This document shows positions 32,893 through 53,915 of a stretch of 64,000 nucleotides of DNA, piece by piece (the stretch's first letter is position 1; each line of letters begins with the position of its first letter). The position numbers and the translations under genes were made by a program. Source of the DNA: the human T2T-CHM13v2.0 reference genome, Homo sapiens. The notes under the pieces were generated by a model. That model did not search any database, had not been told where the DNA came from, and worked only from the letters and a program-made list of their open reading frames with translations. The stretch lies in NCBI RefSeq assembly GCF_009914755.1, contig NC_060946.1, one strand, 5' to 3'.

Positions 32893-34054
32893 CCTAAGTT
32901 TTGTTTTCATTAGTTATTCCCTAGTACAAATCTTTCAGGCAGAAACAATCAGGTCTTTTTAAACTAGATGACTGAAATTAAGATCACTCTAGGGAAAGGT
33001 GAAAATTTTTAAACTTAAGAGAACTTCATTTTTTCTTTTATAAATAAGTTTGTTTAAATAGCCTGGTTATCTATACTCCATGAGGCTTCCTAAAAATAGG
33101 ACATAAGTACTACAAAATGGAGTCTGTGCAGGTGCCACAAATATAATAAAATTCATTCTTGTATTCTGAAAATTAAACCCTATGGGAACATGAAAAAAGT
33201 CTGAAAACTAACAAAATTCGTATTTAAGAATCAACTGACCTATTAAAAACCTAAAAGCACTGTTATTTAGTAACTCCATAAGTAACAGGACTTAAAACAA
33301 TTTGTATGGCTTTTTAGATGGAAATAAATCCATTTTAACAAACAAACACTATAGTATCTACTATTTTCCAAGTATCATATGAATTCATCACAAAAATGAG
33401 ATGGCACACCATTTCTGCACTTAAAGAACTAGAATTCTAGAATTCTAATGAACAAGTCAAAACAATTATAGTAATGCTATCAACAAAGTTGTGCTTAGTA
33501 CCATGTCTGTAAGTACGGGACGGGGCTGTGGAGTGGGAAACATTTGCAATCAAATACTAGCTCTGCTGTATGTCTTAATAAAATAAGAACCTCTTCAAAC
33601 TTCAATATTCTCATCTATAAAACTACTAACAATAATAAGTATCTAGTCTTAAAGCTGAAATAAGACAAACTATCTCATTTGATGTATAAATGTTCAATAT
33701 TTCTTAGATATAATTATTCTAACAACATCTTTCACAGCTTTAAATTTTTTTCGATAATAAAATGCAGTTTCCACTTCCCATAATGGTACAGTAGCTTACA
33801 AAGACCTTCCCAAGGATAAACATTACAAATTCTGAACAAAGTATTAAAAAATAACTATTTGAAGGCAAAGAATAACCAAAATCAGACAGAAAACAGAAGT
33901 GTCAAATCTTGAAAGAAGAGAAATGCAGTGGGCAAGAATAGCATGTATACAGCTATTTGAGAACACACCCAGTCCATACAGTGTAGGACAGCTAGAACCT
34001 AAGTAGAACGCCCACAGTCTTACAGGCCTGAGGAGTTAGAGCATGAAGGGTCTG

Positions 34055-35050
<996 letters not shown>

Positions 35051-35084
35051 TGTTACAGATACACTTATATAATATACTAAATAT

Positions 35085-35352
35085 TTTTTTGAGACAGGGT
35101 TTTGCTATGTTGCCCAGGCTGGAGTGCAGTGGCACAAACACAGCTCACTGCAGCCTTGACCTCCTGGGATCAAGTGATCCTCCCACCTCAACCTCTTGAG
35201 TAGCTGGGACTACAGGCACATGCCACCACATCCAGGTAAATTTATTTTTTGTAGAGATGGGGTCTCACCATGTTGCCCAGGCTGGTCTTGAACTCCTAGC
35301 CTCAAGTGATCCTCCCACCTTGACCTCCCAAGGTTTACAGGCATGAGCCGCC
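35085..35352 (-). mobile_element. AluJ
   Basis: Antisense Alu. Confidence 0.88.
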
Positions 35353-35354
35353 AC

Positions 35355-35560
35355 CACCATGACATAGCAGGAGGCATCATATAGCAAGACAGAACAAGTG
35401 TGCATGTAAGCTCAGGTCTCTTTTCCTCTTCTCATAAAGCAAACAGCCCCATCATGGGAGGCCCCACCTTGATAACCTTATCTAATCCTAATTACAACAT
35501 ATGAATTTAGGATTGTATTTCCAACAAATGAAATTTGGGGGGCACATTCAAACCACAGCA
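35355..35560 (-). mobile_element. MaLR LTR fragment (MSTC/MSTD/MLT1A-like)
   Basis: Ends 'tttggggggcacattcaaaccacagca', the reverse complement of a MaLR LTR start. Confidence 0.75.
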
Positions 35561-35884
35561 ATGGGGTAGAATGAAAAGCACAGGAAATGAGACATTTTTG
35601 AGTAAATATTTTTAAAATGATTATCTTTTCTTCAGTTTCATAAAGGACATATGAATGCTTAAGCCAAAAAATTAAAACACTCTTATGGAGTTTATAATTA
35701 TGATGTAATATATATGACAGTAATACCACAAAGGATAAGGGGTGGTAAATGAAACAATACTGTTGCAAAGTTCTTATCTTTTACTTGAAGTGGTTCCATA
35801 TTACTTCTCAGTAGATCGTTAAGGATGCATATAGTAATCCCTTGAATAGCTTTTGCAAAGAAGTCAGCTTAAAAACCCAGTGTA

Positions 35885-36200
35885 GGCCAGGCACAGTGGC
35901 TCATGGCTATAATCCCAGAACTTTGGGAGGCCAAGATGGGTGAACCACTTGAGGTTAGGAGCTCTGGACCAGCCTGGACATGATAAAACCCCATCTCTAA
36001 TAAAACTACAAAAAAAAAAAAAATTACCCGGGAATGGTGGCATGCACTTGTAGTCCGAGCTACTCGGGAGGCCAAGGCACGAGAACTGCTTGAACCCAGG
36101 AAGCGGAGGTTACAGTGAACTGAGATCACACCACTGCATTCCTGATTGGGCAACAGAGCAAGACCCTGTCTCATAAAAAAAAAAAAAAAAAAAAGGAAAA
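35885..36200 (+). mobile_element. Alu (Sz/J-like)
   Basis: Alu consensus. Confidence 0.9.
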
Positions 36201-36487
36201 GAAAAGAATGAAAACTGAGACAGATGAAGTAAAATTATATTTGCAAATAATAAGATTGAATTCCTGGAAAACACAAAGAAATTAACTGGAAGACTGTTTT
36301 TAAAGGCAGTAAAATTAATATGAAAAACAAATGGACTTCAGACATACAAACAACAACTATTTAGAAGACATAAAAGAATGGGGAGGTTCCAAGATTACCA
36401 AATAGGAACAACTCCAGTCTACAGCCCCCAGTGTGAGTGACACAGATGGGTGATTTCTGCATTTCCAACTGAGGTACCAGGTTCATC

Positions 36488-36814
36488 TCACTGGGGCTTG
36501 TCAGACAGTGGGTGCAGCCCACAGAGTGTGAGCCGAAGCAGGGCAGGGCATCGCCTCACCCGGGAAGCGCAAGGGGTTGGAGAATTCCCTTTCCTAGCCA
36601 AGGGAAGCCATGACAGACCGTACCTGGAAAATCGGGACACTCCCACCCTAATACTGTGCTTTTCCAATGGTCTTAGCAAATGGCACACCAGGAGATTATA
36701 TCCCATGCATGACTCAGATGGTCCCACGCCCACGGAGCCTCGCTCACTGCTAGCACAGCAGTCTGAGATCGAACTGCAAGGCAGCAGCGAGGCTGGGGGA
36801 CGGGCGCCCACCAT
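36488..36814 (-). CDS. L1 ORF0 homolog (antisense ORF in L1 5'UTR), 108 aa, open
   Basis: MVGARPPASLLPCSSISDCCASSERGSVGVGPSE matches the ORF0 N-terminus (MAGAPPPASLPPCSLISDCCAS...); expression unknown. Confidence 0.6.
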   Translation of the reverse strand: MVGARPPASLLPCSSISDCCASSERGSVGVGPSESCMGYNLLVCHLLRPLEKHSIRVGVSRFSRYGLSWLPLARKGNSPTPCASRVRRCPALLRLTLCGLHPLSDKPQ

Positions 36815-38471
36815 TGCTGAGGCTTGGGTAGGTAAACAAAGTGGCCTGGAAGCTCAAACTGGGTGGAGTCCACCACAGCTCAAAGAGGCCTGCTTGCCTC
36901 TGTAGACTCCACCTTTGAGGGCAGGGCATAGCTGAACAAAAGGCAGCAGAAACTTCTGCAGACTTAAACGTCCCTGTCTGACAGCTTTGAAGAGAGTAGT
37001 GGTTCTCCCAGCATGGAGTTTGAGATCTGAGAACAGACAGACTGCCTCAAGTGGGTTCCTAACCCCTGAGTAGCCTAACTGGGAGACACCTCCCAGTAGG
37101 GGCCAACTGACACCTCATACAGCCAGGTGCCCCTACGAGACGAAGCTTCCAGAGGAAGGATCAGGCAGCAACATTTGCCATTCTGCAATATTTGCTGTTC
37201 TGCAGCCTCTCCTGGTGACACTCAGGCAAACAGGGTCTGGAGTGGACTCCAGCAAACTCCAGCAGACCTTCAGCTGAGGGTCCTGACTGTTAGAAGGAAA
37301 ACTAACACACAGAAAGGACATCCACACCAAAACCCCATCTGCACATCACCATCATCAAAGACTAAAGGTAGATAAAACCACAAAAATGGGGAAAAACCAG
37401 AGCAGAAAAGCTGCAAATTCTAAAAATAAGAGCACCTCTTCTCCTCCAAAGGAACGAAGCTCCTCGCCAGCAACGGAACAAAGCTGAACAGAGAATGACT
37501 TCGACGGTTGAGAGAAGAAGGCTTCAGATGATCGGTAGTAACAAACTTCTCCGAGCTAAAGGAGGATGTTCGAAACCACTGCAAAGAAGCTAAAAACCTT
37601 GAAAAAAGATTGGATGAATGGCTAACTAGAATAAACAGCGTAGAGAAGATGTTAAATGACCTGATGGAGCTGAAAACCATGGCATGAGAACTACGTGACA
37701 CATGCACAAGCTTCAGCAGCCGATTCGATCAAGTGGAAGAAAGGGTATCAGTGATTGAAGATCAAATGAATGAAATGAAGCGAGAAGACAAGTTTAGAGA
37801 AAAAAGAGTGAAAAGAAATGAACAGAGCCTCCAAGAAATATGGGACTATGTGAAAAGACCAAATCTACGTCTGATTGGTGTACTTGAAAGTCATGGGGAG
37901 AATGGAACCAAGTTGGAAAACACTCTCAGGATATTATCCAGGAGAACTTCCCCAACCTAGCAAGGCAGGCCAACATTCAAATTCAGGAAATACAGAGAAC
38001 GCCACAAAGATACTCCTCCAGAAGAGCAACTCTAAGACACGTAATTGTCAGATTCACCAAAGTTGAAATGAAGGAAAAAATATTAAGGGCAGCCAGAGAG
38101 AAAGGTCGGGTTGCCCACAAAGGGAAGCCCATCAGACTAACAGCAGATGTCTCGGCAGAAACTCTACAAGCCAGAAGAGAGTGGGGGCCAATATTCAACA
38201 TTCTTAAAGAAAAGAATTTTCAACCAAGAATTTCATACCCAGCCAAACTAAGCTTCATAAGTGAAGGAGAAATAAAATCCTTTACAGACAAGCAAATGCT
38301 GAGAGATTTTGTCACCACCAGGCCTGCCTTACAAAGCTCCTGGAGGAAGCACTAAACATGGAAAGGAACAACCGGTACCAGCCACTGCAAAAACATGCCA
38401 AACTGTAAAGACCATTGATGCTAGGAAGAAACTGCATCAACTAATGAGCAAAATAACCAGCTGACATCATA

Positions 38472-42167
<3,696 letters not shown>

Positions 42168-42520
42168 GCAGCCATAAAAAAGATGAGTTCATGTCCTTTG
42201 TAGGGACATGGATGAAGCTGGAAACCATCATTCTGAGCAAACTATCGCAAGGAAAGAAAACCAAACACCACATGTTCTCACTAATAGGTGGGAATTGAAC
42301 AATGAGAACACTTGGACACAGGATGAGGAACATCACACACCGGGACGTGTTGTGGGGTTGGGGGAGGGGGCAGGGGTAGTATGAGGAGATATACCTAATG
42401 TAAATGAGTTAATGGGTGCAGCACACCAACATGGCACATGTATACATATGTAACAAACCTGCACATTGTACACATGTGTACACCCTAGAACTTCAAGTAT
42501 AATAATAATAAAAAAAAGAA

Positions 42521-43363
42521 AGATGACGGCTCTAGGAATACAATGGTTACTGTCCCTTAATAAAATCTGTTGCCAAGTATATTTAAAAAAAAGGAATTTG
42601 GGAATTATTATGACTCATGACTTTACAGTTGGTTGATTTAGGCAACCATATAGCTTTTGTTTCACTTATTTAATTTAAATCTAATTTATGGACTTGTAAG
42701 GGCATAAATATTAATTTTACAGCTTGATTTTGACACAAAGCAAGATATTGAACATTGACAACACCACAGAGGCCTACTTTGTGCTCCTGTCCCTGTTGTT
42801 ACTTCCTCCAAAGGTAACCACAGCACAGATTCTTAGTACTATAAATTAATGTTGCCTGTTTTTGAATTTTATTTAAATGAGATTACATAGTATACTTTTT
42901 GTTGCTAAATTTTATACCTTTGAGATTCATTAATGTTTTTATAGATAGATAAAGTTTTCTTCATTGCTAAATTGTGTTCCATTATACATATATACCACAA
43001 TGTATCTATTCTATTGTTAATGGGTCATATGGTTTGGCTCTGTGTCCCTACCAAAATCTCATGTCAAATTGTATCCCCAGTGTTGGAGGAGGGGCCTGGT
43101 GGGAGGTGACTGAACCACGGGGATGGACTTCCCCCTTGCCAATCTTGTGATGGACTTCTCACAAGATCTGGTTGTTTGAAAGTGTGTAGCACCTCCCACT
43201 TCACTCCCTCTCTCTCCTCCTGGCCATGTGAAGACTGTGCCTGCTTCCCCTTTGCCTTCAACCATGATTGTAAGTTTCCTGAGGTCTCCCCAGGAGCAGA
43301 AGCCTATACAGCCTGCAGAAGGGCAAGCTGATTAAATCTCTTTTCTTTATAAATTAAAAAAAA
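42521..43363 (+). other. Putative L1 3'-transduced segment
   Basis: Lies between the L1 poly(A) and a second A-tract, inside the L1's TSD pair (see findings). Confidence 0.7.
43025..43355 (+). mobile_element. MSTA (MaLR) LTR, truncated at its polyadenylation site
   Basis: 'atatggtttggctctgtgtccctaccaaaatctcatg' start; ATTAAA at 43331; stops at 'ataaatt' before the U5 portion. Confidence 0.88.
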
Positions 43364-43369
43364 GACCTA

Positions 43370-43660
43370 GGCCAGGCACGGTGGCTCACCCTTGTAATCC
43401 CAGCACTTTGGGAGGCCGAGGCGGGCAGATCACGAGGTCAGGAAATCAAGACCACGGTGAAACCCCGTCTCTACTAGAAATACAAAAAATTAGCTTGGCT
43501 TGGTGGCGGGCCCCTGTAGTCCCAGCTACTAGGAGAGGCTGAGGCAGGAGAATGGCGGGAACCCGGGAGGCGGAGCTTGCAGTGAGCCGAGATCACGCCA
43601 CTGCACTCCAGCCTGGGCGACAGAGCGAGACACCGTCTCAAAAAAAAAAAAAAAAAAAAA
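43370..43660 (+). mobile_element. AluY of the 12-bp-deletion lineage (AluYd/Yc3-type)
   Basis: 'aagaccacggtgaaacc' lacks 'tcctggctaaca'; also 'ggagaggctgagg'. Confidence 0.85.
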
Positions 43661-43782
43661 CATAAAAATAATAAATTATCCCCTTTATAGTAACAACAAA
43701 AAAAGATTAATAATCTAAGAATAAAGTTGGCAAAAAAAGTACAAGATCTATATGATAAAATCTTTTTAAACTACTTAGAGGC

Positions 43783-44173
<391 letters not shown>

Positions 44174-44451
44174 CTATGACTTATTGTTTTACAAATGTAA
44201 TGCAATCCCAACAAAACACCAATAGAATTTTTTAATTAGGCAATTGGATTTCAAAGTTAACAACAAAAAACATGTAACACTGGGAAGATACTAGAAAAGA
44301 GAAATGGTAGAGTACTAGCCCAACTCAGATATCAATTTATAGTTACATATTGTAACTATATTATGTATAATTTAATATATTAACATTATAATATGTATTA
44401 TATAATGTAGCATAATTATAAGTACGGTTATGATGTAAGAATAGACAAATT

Positions 44452-44797
<346 letters not shown>

Positions 44798-45294
44798 TCA
44801 ATGAAAAAGAAGAGGAAGCCCAAATATGACACAAAGACATATGAGAATTTAGAATACGATATTGTTTCTCAGTAGGGAAAAGATGAATGGGTAGCCATCT
44901 TAGAAAAAAGTGAAGATAGATCCTCTCATAACAAAAAAAATTCCAGATTGATCAAAACTTTAAATACAAAAGTAAACATTTTTAAATCTTGGAGTAGGGA
45001 GAGGCTGTCAAAGAATGAAGGAAAGACCAAGAAGCGTAAAAGATTGATAGATCAAAATGTATAAAAATTGAAATTTTGTACATGTTTACAAAAATAGCAT
45101 AAAAATCTAAAGTAAATTTAAATTTTACAAGGAAATATATTCGTTATATCATTAAATTTAACAGCAAAAGCTGGTTAACACTCTATTAACAAAGAACTGT
45201 TAAACTACAATACATCTATATGTTCGCTATCAGACAGCTAATAAACTAGGGTAGTTCTCTATAAATACACATAGAAAGAAATTAAGACAAAGAA

Positions 45295-45420
45295 GCTGTG
45301 CGCAGTGTACACTTTGTTGCCCAGCTATGGGAGGCTGAGGTGGAAGGATCCCTTGAGCTCAGGAGTTTGAGACCAAACTGGGTAATATAGCAAGACACCA
45401 TCTCTTAAAAGAAAAAAAAA
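45295..45420 (+). mobile_element. FLAM monomer
   Basis: Left-arm-only Alu. Confidence 0.7.
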
Positions 45421-45534
45421 GATATAGAAGGAAAGAAGGACATAGGACAGAATAATGTATACAATATGCTATTCAGTATGTGTGTCATTGCATACATATC
45501 TAATTTTAATATTTATAGGTATATCTCTTTTAGA

Positions 45535-45827
45535 TTATTTTAAGAGAGAGTGCCTCGCTCTGTTGCCAGGCTAGAGTACAGTGGCATGATCACAGCTCAC
45601 TGAAGCCTCAACCTCCCAGGCTCAAGTGATCCTCCAGCCTCAGCTTCCTGAATAGCTGGGATTACAAACACATGCCACCAAGCCTGGCTAATTTTTTTTA
45701 TATTTTGTAGAGACCTAGGGTCTTGCTATGTTGCCCAGGCTGGTCTCGAACTCCTTGACTCAAGCGGTCCTACCATCTCGGCCTCCCAAAGTGCTGGGAT
45801 TACAGGCATGAACCACTGTGCCTGGCC
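45535..45827 (-). mobile_element. AluJ
   Basis: Antisense Alu. Confidence 0.88.
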
Positions 45828-45990
45828 TATAGGTATATCTTTATATGGATAGACTATCTGTGATAGTATAAATAAGAAACTGGTAATGCGTGTTGCCTTT
45901 GAGAAGGAATTCTGAAGAAAAACCAGATTGCTGAAAGTTGGGTGTGGTGATAAGAAGATAAACATATTTCACTGAATTCCCTTTAGCACC

Positions 45991-46421
<431 letters not shown>

Positions 46422-46559
46422 TGAGGTAGATTCACCCCAATATATTATGGACTGTCTACTGTGAGACTATGTGAAAGGAAGGTCAACTTGCCAGATAGAC
46501 TGCCTGTTGACAGGCCCAGACTTCAGTCCTGCCTGAGGTCAAGTTCTGCAGAAGGTGGT

Positions 46560-47230
<671 letters not shown>

Positions 47231-47232
47231 GC

Positions 47233-47820
47233 TGTGTGAGGCCGTTCTTGTGTTGTTATAAAGAAACACCCGAGACTAGGTAATTTATAATAAAAGAAGC
47301 GTGACTGGCTTGTGGCTCTGCAGCCTGTATAGGAAGCATGGCACCAGCATCTACTTCTGGGGAGGCCTCAGGAAGCTTTTTTTTTTTTTTTTTTTTTTCT
47401 GAGACAGGGTCTCACTCTGTCGCCCAGGCTGGAGTGCAGTGGCACGATCTCGGCTCACTGCAAGTTCCGCCTCCTGGGTTCACGCCATTCTCCTGCCTCA
47501 GCCTCCGAGTAGCTGGGACTAAAGGCACCCGCCACCACGCCCAGCTAATTTTTTTGTGTTTTCTTAGTAGAGACGGGGTTTCATCGTATTAGCCAGGATG
47601 GTCTCTATCTCCTGACCTCATGATCCGCCCATTTCGGCCTCCCAAAGTGCTGGGATTACAGGTGTGAGCCACTGCGCCTGGCCCAGGAAGCTTTACAATC
47701 GTGGTAGAAGGCAAAGTGGGAACAGGCACATCACATGGTGAAAGCAGAAGCAAGAGAGAGAGAGTTGGGTCTGGAGGCAGATGTCACATATTTTTAAATG
47801 ACCTGGTCTCACAAGAACTC
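47233..47820 (-). mobile_element. MSTA/MSTB LTR fragment interrupted by AluY (-, 47377-47684; TSD 'caggaagcttt')
   Basis: 'gttataaagaaacacccgagactaggtaatttat...ggggaggcctcaggaagc'. Confidence 0.85.
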
Positions 47821-49244
47821 CTTGGGTGAGAATTTTTAATGGGGATTAAGAATTTAAAATCTATATATTCAGTGTGCTTCTCCCTGCAGGAAGTTGTTTC
47901 TAAATGAGGTCCTATGCAAACTCACAGATAACATAACAGCATTTTACCATCTATTTGCATAAAACACTGTTAGAGTATACAATATTTATGAATAAATGCC
48001 CTTTGTACTATAAAATCTAATACTTTAATACTGTTTTCATCCTTGATTTATTATTTAAGTTGATCAAATTAGGAGCAAATTTTACCAGAGCCAAAACCCA
48101 TATTTTTCATTTTAAACAATGTTTAACTAGCTTCAGAGCTTAGCATTCAACCTTCAGTATCATTTATAGATTATAATATAGAATCACAGTATTTTCACCA
48201 GAGTAAGACTTCAGATCTTAGGTCAGTCTAATATGCTTCCTTCATTCTACAGGGGAAAAAATTGATATCTGAATAGTTTGAATATGTCTAAAACTACACA
48301 TAAGTCAATGGACAGGTAAAATTGAATCTTTCCAGATCCAGTCTTCACTCTTTATATCAAATGGAATCATCTCACTCCTGATTCCATTACCATAAAATAA
48401 GGGAGACTAGCTGAAAGGCAACAAGAAAAGATCAAACTATCTTACAGACTTTTACTCAAAACAGATCTGTATTAAAAATTATACTTGATATACTTGTTAT
48501 TTACCACACCCTCCAAAGTGTTATGAACTACATGAAAACCAGTGGTGGCTTCCACTTTTGGCCATGATGGAGCAACAGATACCACATCTATGCTCTGCCA
48601 AAACAATAGAAAAATGAACAACGTATATAAAACAACTGTTTTTAGAAACTGAACAATAGGCAGCACAAACGTGTGATGCCTGAGAGAAGGGATACAAATG
48701 AATTTAGCCCCATGATTGCCCTGGCTTCTGCCTTTTAGGACCTGCTGGGCCATAATGCATGAAGAGAAATCCAAAACAAAGCACAGAGGTCTTGCTGGGT
48801 TGGAGGGTCAGAGGTCAGAGTTAGGAAGACTAAAGCAGTTCAAGGTGGCAGGGCAAAGCCTCCAAAAGAAGCAGCTACTCAGGAAAAGAGTTCAACAAGT
48901 ATGCAAATAATTGCCTGCCAGAACAAAGCCAAACACTTTCTAAAAGAAAACAATAAAAACCAAATGCACAACAGGAAAACATCAACAATGTCCACAATTT
49001 AAATTTTTTATTCCAAAAATGTGAAAAAGTAGAATGTAAAACATGACCTGAAGAAAAATTAATAAAGATTGCCAAAATGACTGAGATGATAAAATTAGCA
49101 GACAAGAAAATTAAAAGTTATTGTAACTATGTTCAAGTGTTTTTAAATATATATATATATAGAAGAAAGAAGACATAAGAAAGAATGAAAAGGAACTTCT
49201 AGAGATGAAAAATACAATATCTGAAATATGAAATTTACTAGATG

Positions 49245-49604
<360 letters not shown>

Positions 49605-50490
49605 TTAATAAAAAATAAAAATAAAACTCACTAGATAAATTAACCACAGAATAGATATGCAGAAGATCACTAAATCTGAAGATGCAGCAATAGAATCTAT
49701 AGAAACCAAAGCACAAAGACTGAATAAAAATAGAGCATCAGCGGCCAATGGAACAATATCAAGCAGTCTACATATATATAATCGGAGCCACAGAAGGTGA
49801 GGAAGGAGGGAGGAACAACAAAAATCTGAATAAGTAATGGCAGAAAAATTCTAAATTTGATAAACCTGTAAATCCATATATCCAAAAAGCTCTATGAACC
49901 TAAACCAGGATAATCATGATAATTGTTACCTAACAATGTGAATGGACTTAATGCCACTGAACTGTAAACTTTAAAATGGTTAAAATGTTCAATTCTATGT
50001 TATGTATATTTTAACATAATTAAAAATAAATAATTTATTAAAATATTACATTACACATCAATAATAAAGAGCTTTCAGGTTAATCCTGAAGTATCTGAAT
50101 TAAAACACACTTTAGTAATCTAAGAGTCAAGGAATAAACACGTAAGAGATAACAGAAAAGATTTTGAAGTAGTTGAAAATGAAAACACAATATATCAACA
50201 TTTACAGAATGCAGTTAAAGCAGTTCTTGGAGGGAAATGCATAGCTTCAGATGCTTATAGGAAAAAAAGTCAAGTCCAAAATCAATGATAGAAAAACAAA
50301 GTAAGTAGAAAGAAAACATAATAAAAATAAGAACAAATATCAATAAAATTTAAACAAAATCAAAACGAATTCAACAATATTCATTCATGCTAGTAATCAA
50401 GAAATGCAACTTAAAGCAATGTTGAGAAATGTTTTGCACATTACCCTAGCCAAAAATATTTTTTAAAAAACTAATTCAAGGACAAATAGA

Positions 50491-50782
50491 GGCCAGTTGC
50501 AGTGGCTCACTCCTGTAATCCCAGCACTTTGGGAGGCCAAGTTGTGAGGACTGCTTGAGTCCACGAGTCTGAGACCAGCCTGGGCAACACAGCAAGACCC
50601 CATCTCTACAAAATAAAAAGTAACAAAAATAGCCAGGTATGGTGGTGTTCACCTTATAGTTCCAAATACTTGGGAGACTGAAGCAGGATCAATTGAGCAC
50701 AGGAGGTCAAAGCTGCAGTGAGCCATAATTATGCCACTGTACTCCAGGCTGGACAACAGAGTAAGACTCTGTCTCAAAAAAG
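50491..50782 (+). mobile_element. AluJ
   Basis: Alu consensus. Confidence 0.88.
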
Positions 50783-51008
50783 AAAGAAGGAGAAGAAAGG
50801 AGAAGAGAAAGAATAGGAAGAAGAAAAGAAGATGAAGATGAAGATGAAGATGAAGAAGAGGGAGGAGGAGGAAGAGGAGGAAGAGGAGGAGGAGGAGATG
50901 AACAACAACAGGAGGGGGGAGGAGAGGGAGGAAGAGGAGGAAGAAGAATAAAAAGAGAGAAAGAAAAGAAGAGAGAGAGAGAAGGAGGGAGGGAGGGAGA
51001 AGAGAAAA
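50783..51008. repeat. GA-rich low-complexity tract with (GAAGAT)n and (GAG/GAA)n
   Basis: Seen directly. Confidence 0.9.
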
Positions 51009-51315
51009 TCTGAAGAACTTTGTATCTATTAAAACAATTGAATTCATAATCAATTTTCCTATGAAGAAAACTCCAGGCCCAGACAGCTTCACTGGACAAT
51101 TCTATCAAATATTTAAGGAAAAAATAACAATCCTACACAGACATTTTTAGAAAAGGTACTAAGAGGAGACATTTTCAAACTCCTTTGATAATGTAGCATT
51201 ATACTGACAATGAAAGCAGACAAAGACATAAGAAAACTACAAACCAGTATCTTTAATGAACACAGATGAAAAAATTCTAAATAAAATTGTTGCAAATCAA
51301 ATCCAACAATATCTA

Positions 51316-51759
<444 letters not shown>

Positions 51760-51933
51760 TCAGAATAATAAATAAAACCATGTAATCAATTAAACAGATA
51801 TAAAAGAAAGCATTTGATAGTATTCAAGATCCATTCATAATATACTTTTTAACAAGTCTCATCAAACTAAGACTAGAATGAAACTTTCTCAACATGATAT
51901 AAGGCTTCTATAAGAAAACTTAACAGCTAACAT

Positions 51934-52567
51934 TGTCAGAGGCATTTGACCCAGAGCAACTCCATCTTGATTAGGGGATGGATAAAATAAGGCTATGACC
52001 GGCTGGGCTGCATTCCCAGGAGGTAAGACATTCTTAGTCACAGGATGAGATAGGAGGTCAGCACAAGACACGGATCACAAAGACCTTGCTGATAAAACAG
52101 GATGTGATAAAGAAGCCAGCCACAACCCACCAAAACCAAGATGGCCCCAAAAGTGACCTCTGGTCATCCTCACTGCTCATTACATGCTAATTATCATGCA
52201 TTAGCTACTAAAAGACACTCCTACCAGTGCCATAACAGTTTATAAATGCCATGGCAACATCTGGAAGTTACCCTATATGGTCTAAAAAGGGGAGGAACCC
52301 TTAGTTTCAGGAATTGCCCACCTCTTTCCCAGAAGTCTCATGAATAATCCACCCCTTGTAGAGCATATAATCAAGAAACAACTATAAGTATACTCAATCG
52401 AGCAGCCCATGAGGGTGCTCTGCCTATGGAGTAGCCATCCTTTTATTCCTTTACTTTCTTAATAAATTTGCTTTCGCTTTACTCTATGGATTCATCTCAA
52501 ATTCTTTCTTGTGCAAAATCGAAGAACCCTCTCTTGGGGTCTGGATGGGGACCCCTTTCCAGTAACA
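51934..52567 (+). mobile_element. MER41B (ERV1) solo LTR
   Basis: 'tgtcagaggcatttgacccagagcaactccatcttg' start, 'ggacccctttccagtaaca' end, AATAAA near 52461. Confidence 0.88.
52326..52334. promoter_or_regulatory. GAS (STAT1/STAT) motif TTCCCAGAA inside MER41B
   Basis: Matches TTCNNNGAA at the expected MER41B position; the partner site 52305-52313 is degenerate (TTTCAGGAA). Confidence 0.55.
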
Positions 52568-52725
52568 TCACACTTATTAGTAATAGTGAATTTTCTCCTG
52601 AAGGTCAGGAACAAGGCAAGTATATAAATTATCATCACTTCACCATACTACAGATTCTAGCCAATGCAACAAGGCTAGAGAAATCCCAAGACATCTACAA
52701 ACAAATTTTAAAAACTAATAGAAGT

Positions 52726-53035
52726 GGCTGGATGAGGTGGTTTACACCTATAATCCTAGCAATTTGGGAGGCCATGACAGGAGGAGCACTTAAAGTCAGG
52801 AGTTCAAGACTAGCCTGGGCAACATAGTGAGACCCTGTCTCTACAAAAAAAATTAAAAAAATAAAAAATAGCCAGGCATAGTGGCATGCACCTACAGTCC
52901 CAGCTACCTGTGAGGCTGAGGCAGGAGGATCACTTGAGCCTAGGAGTTTGGGGCTACAGTGAGCTATGATTGTGCCACTCTTCTCTAGCCCAGGTGACAA
53001 AGGAAGACTGTGTCTCTAAAAACAAAAAATAAAAA
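52726..53035 (+). mobile_element. AluJ
   Basis: Alu consensus. Confidence 0.87.
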
Positions 53036-53501
53036 AACTAATATAAATAACAGGTGAATTTAGCAAAGTCACAGGATATAGGTTCAATATACAAAAATCA
53101 ATTGTATTTCTAATACTAGCAATAGACAATTGGATATTTAAATTTAAAAATATATATATCATTCACAATGTTATCCAAAAACATGAAATGTTTAACAATA
53201 AATCTAACGTAATACATGCAAGACTATATAAGAAAAATTACAGAATATTGCTGAAAGAAACTAAATAAGATATTTAATTAGAGAAGTATACTATGTTCAC
53301 AAAGGGGAAGACTCGATATTGTTAAGATGTCAATTCTACACAAATTAATCAATAGAATTCAATGCAATTTCAATCAAAATTCCAACAAGATTTTTTGTAG
53401 AAATCAGTAAGCTGATTCTATAATTTACATGGAAATGTAAAGAACCTAGGCTAGCCAGAGCAACTATGAAAGAAAAGAACAAAGCTAGAAGACTTATGCT
53501 A

Positions 53502-53915
<414 letters not shown>

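Noticed and set aside
44335-44420. AT-rich short inverted repeats
   Set aside because: Expected by chance in low-complexity AT sequence.
50649-51108. Leu/Phe-rich and Pro/Ser-rich ORFs resembling membrane or low-complexity proteins
   Set aside because: Translation of the GA-rich simple repeat.
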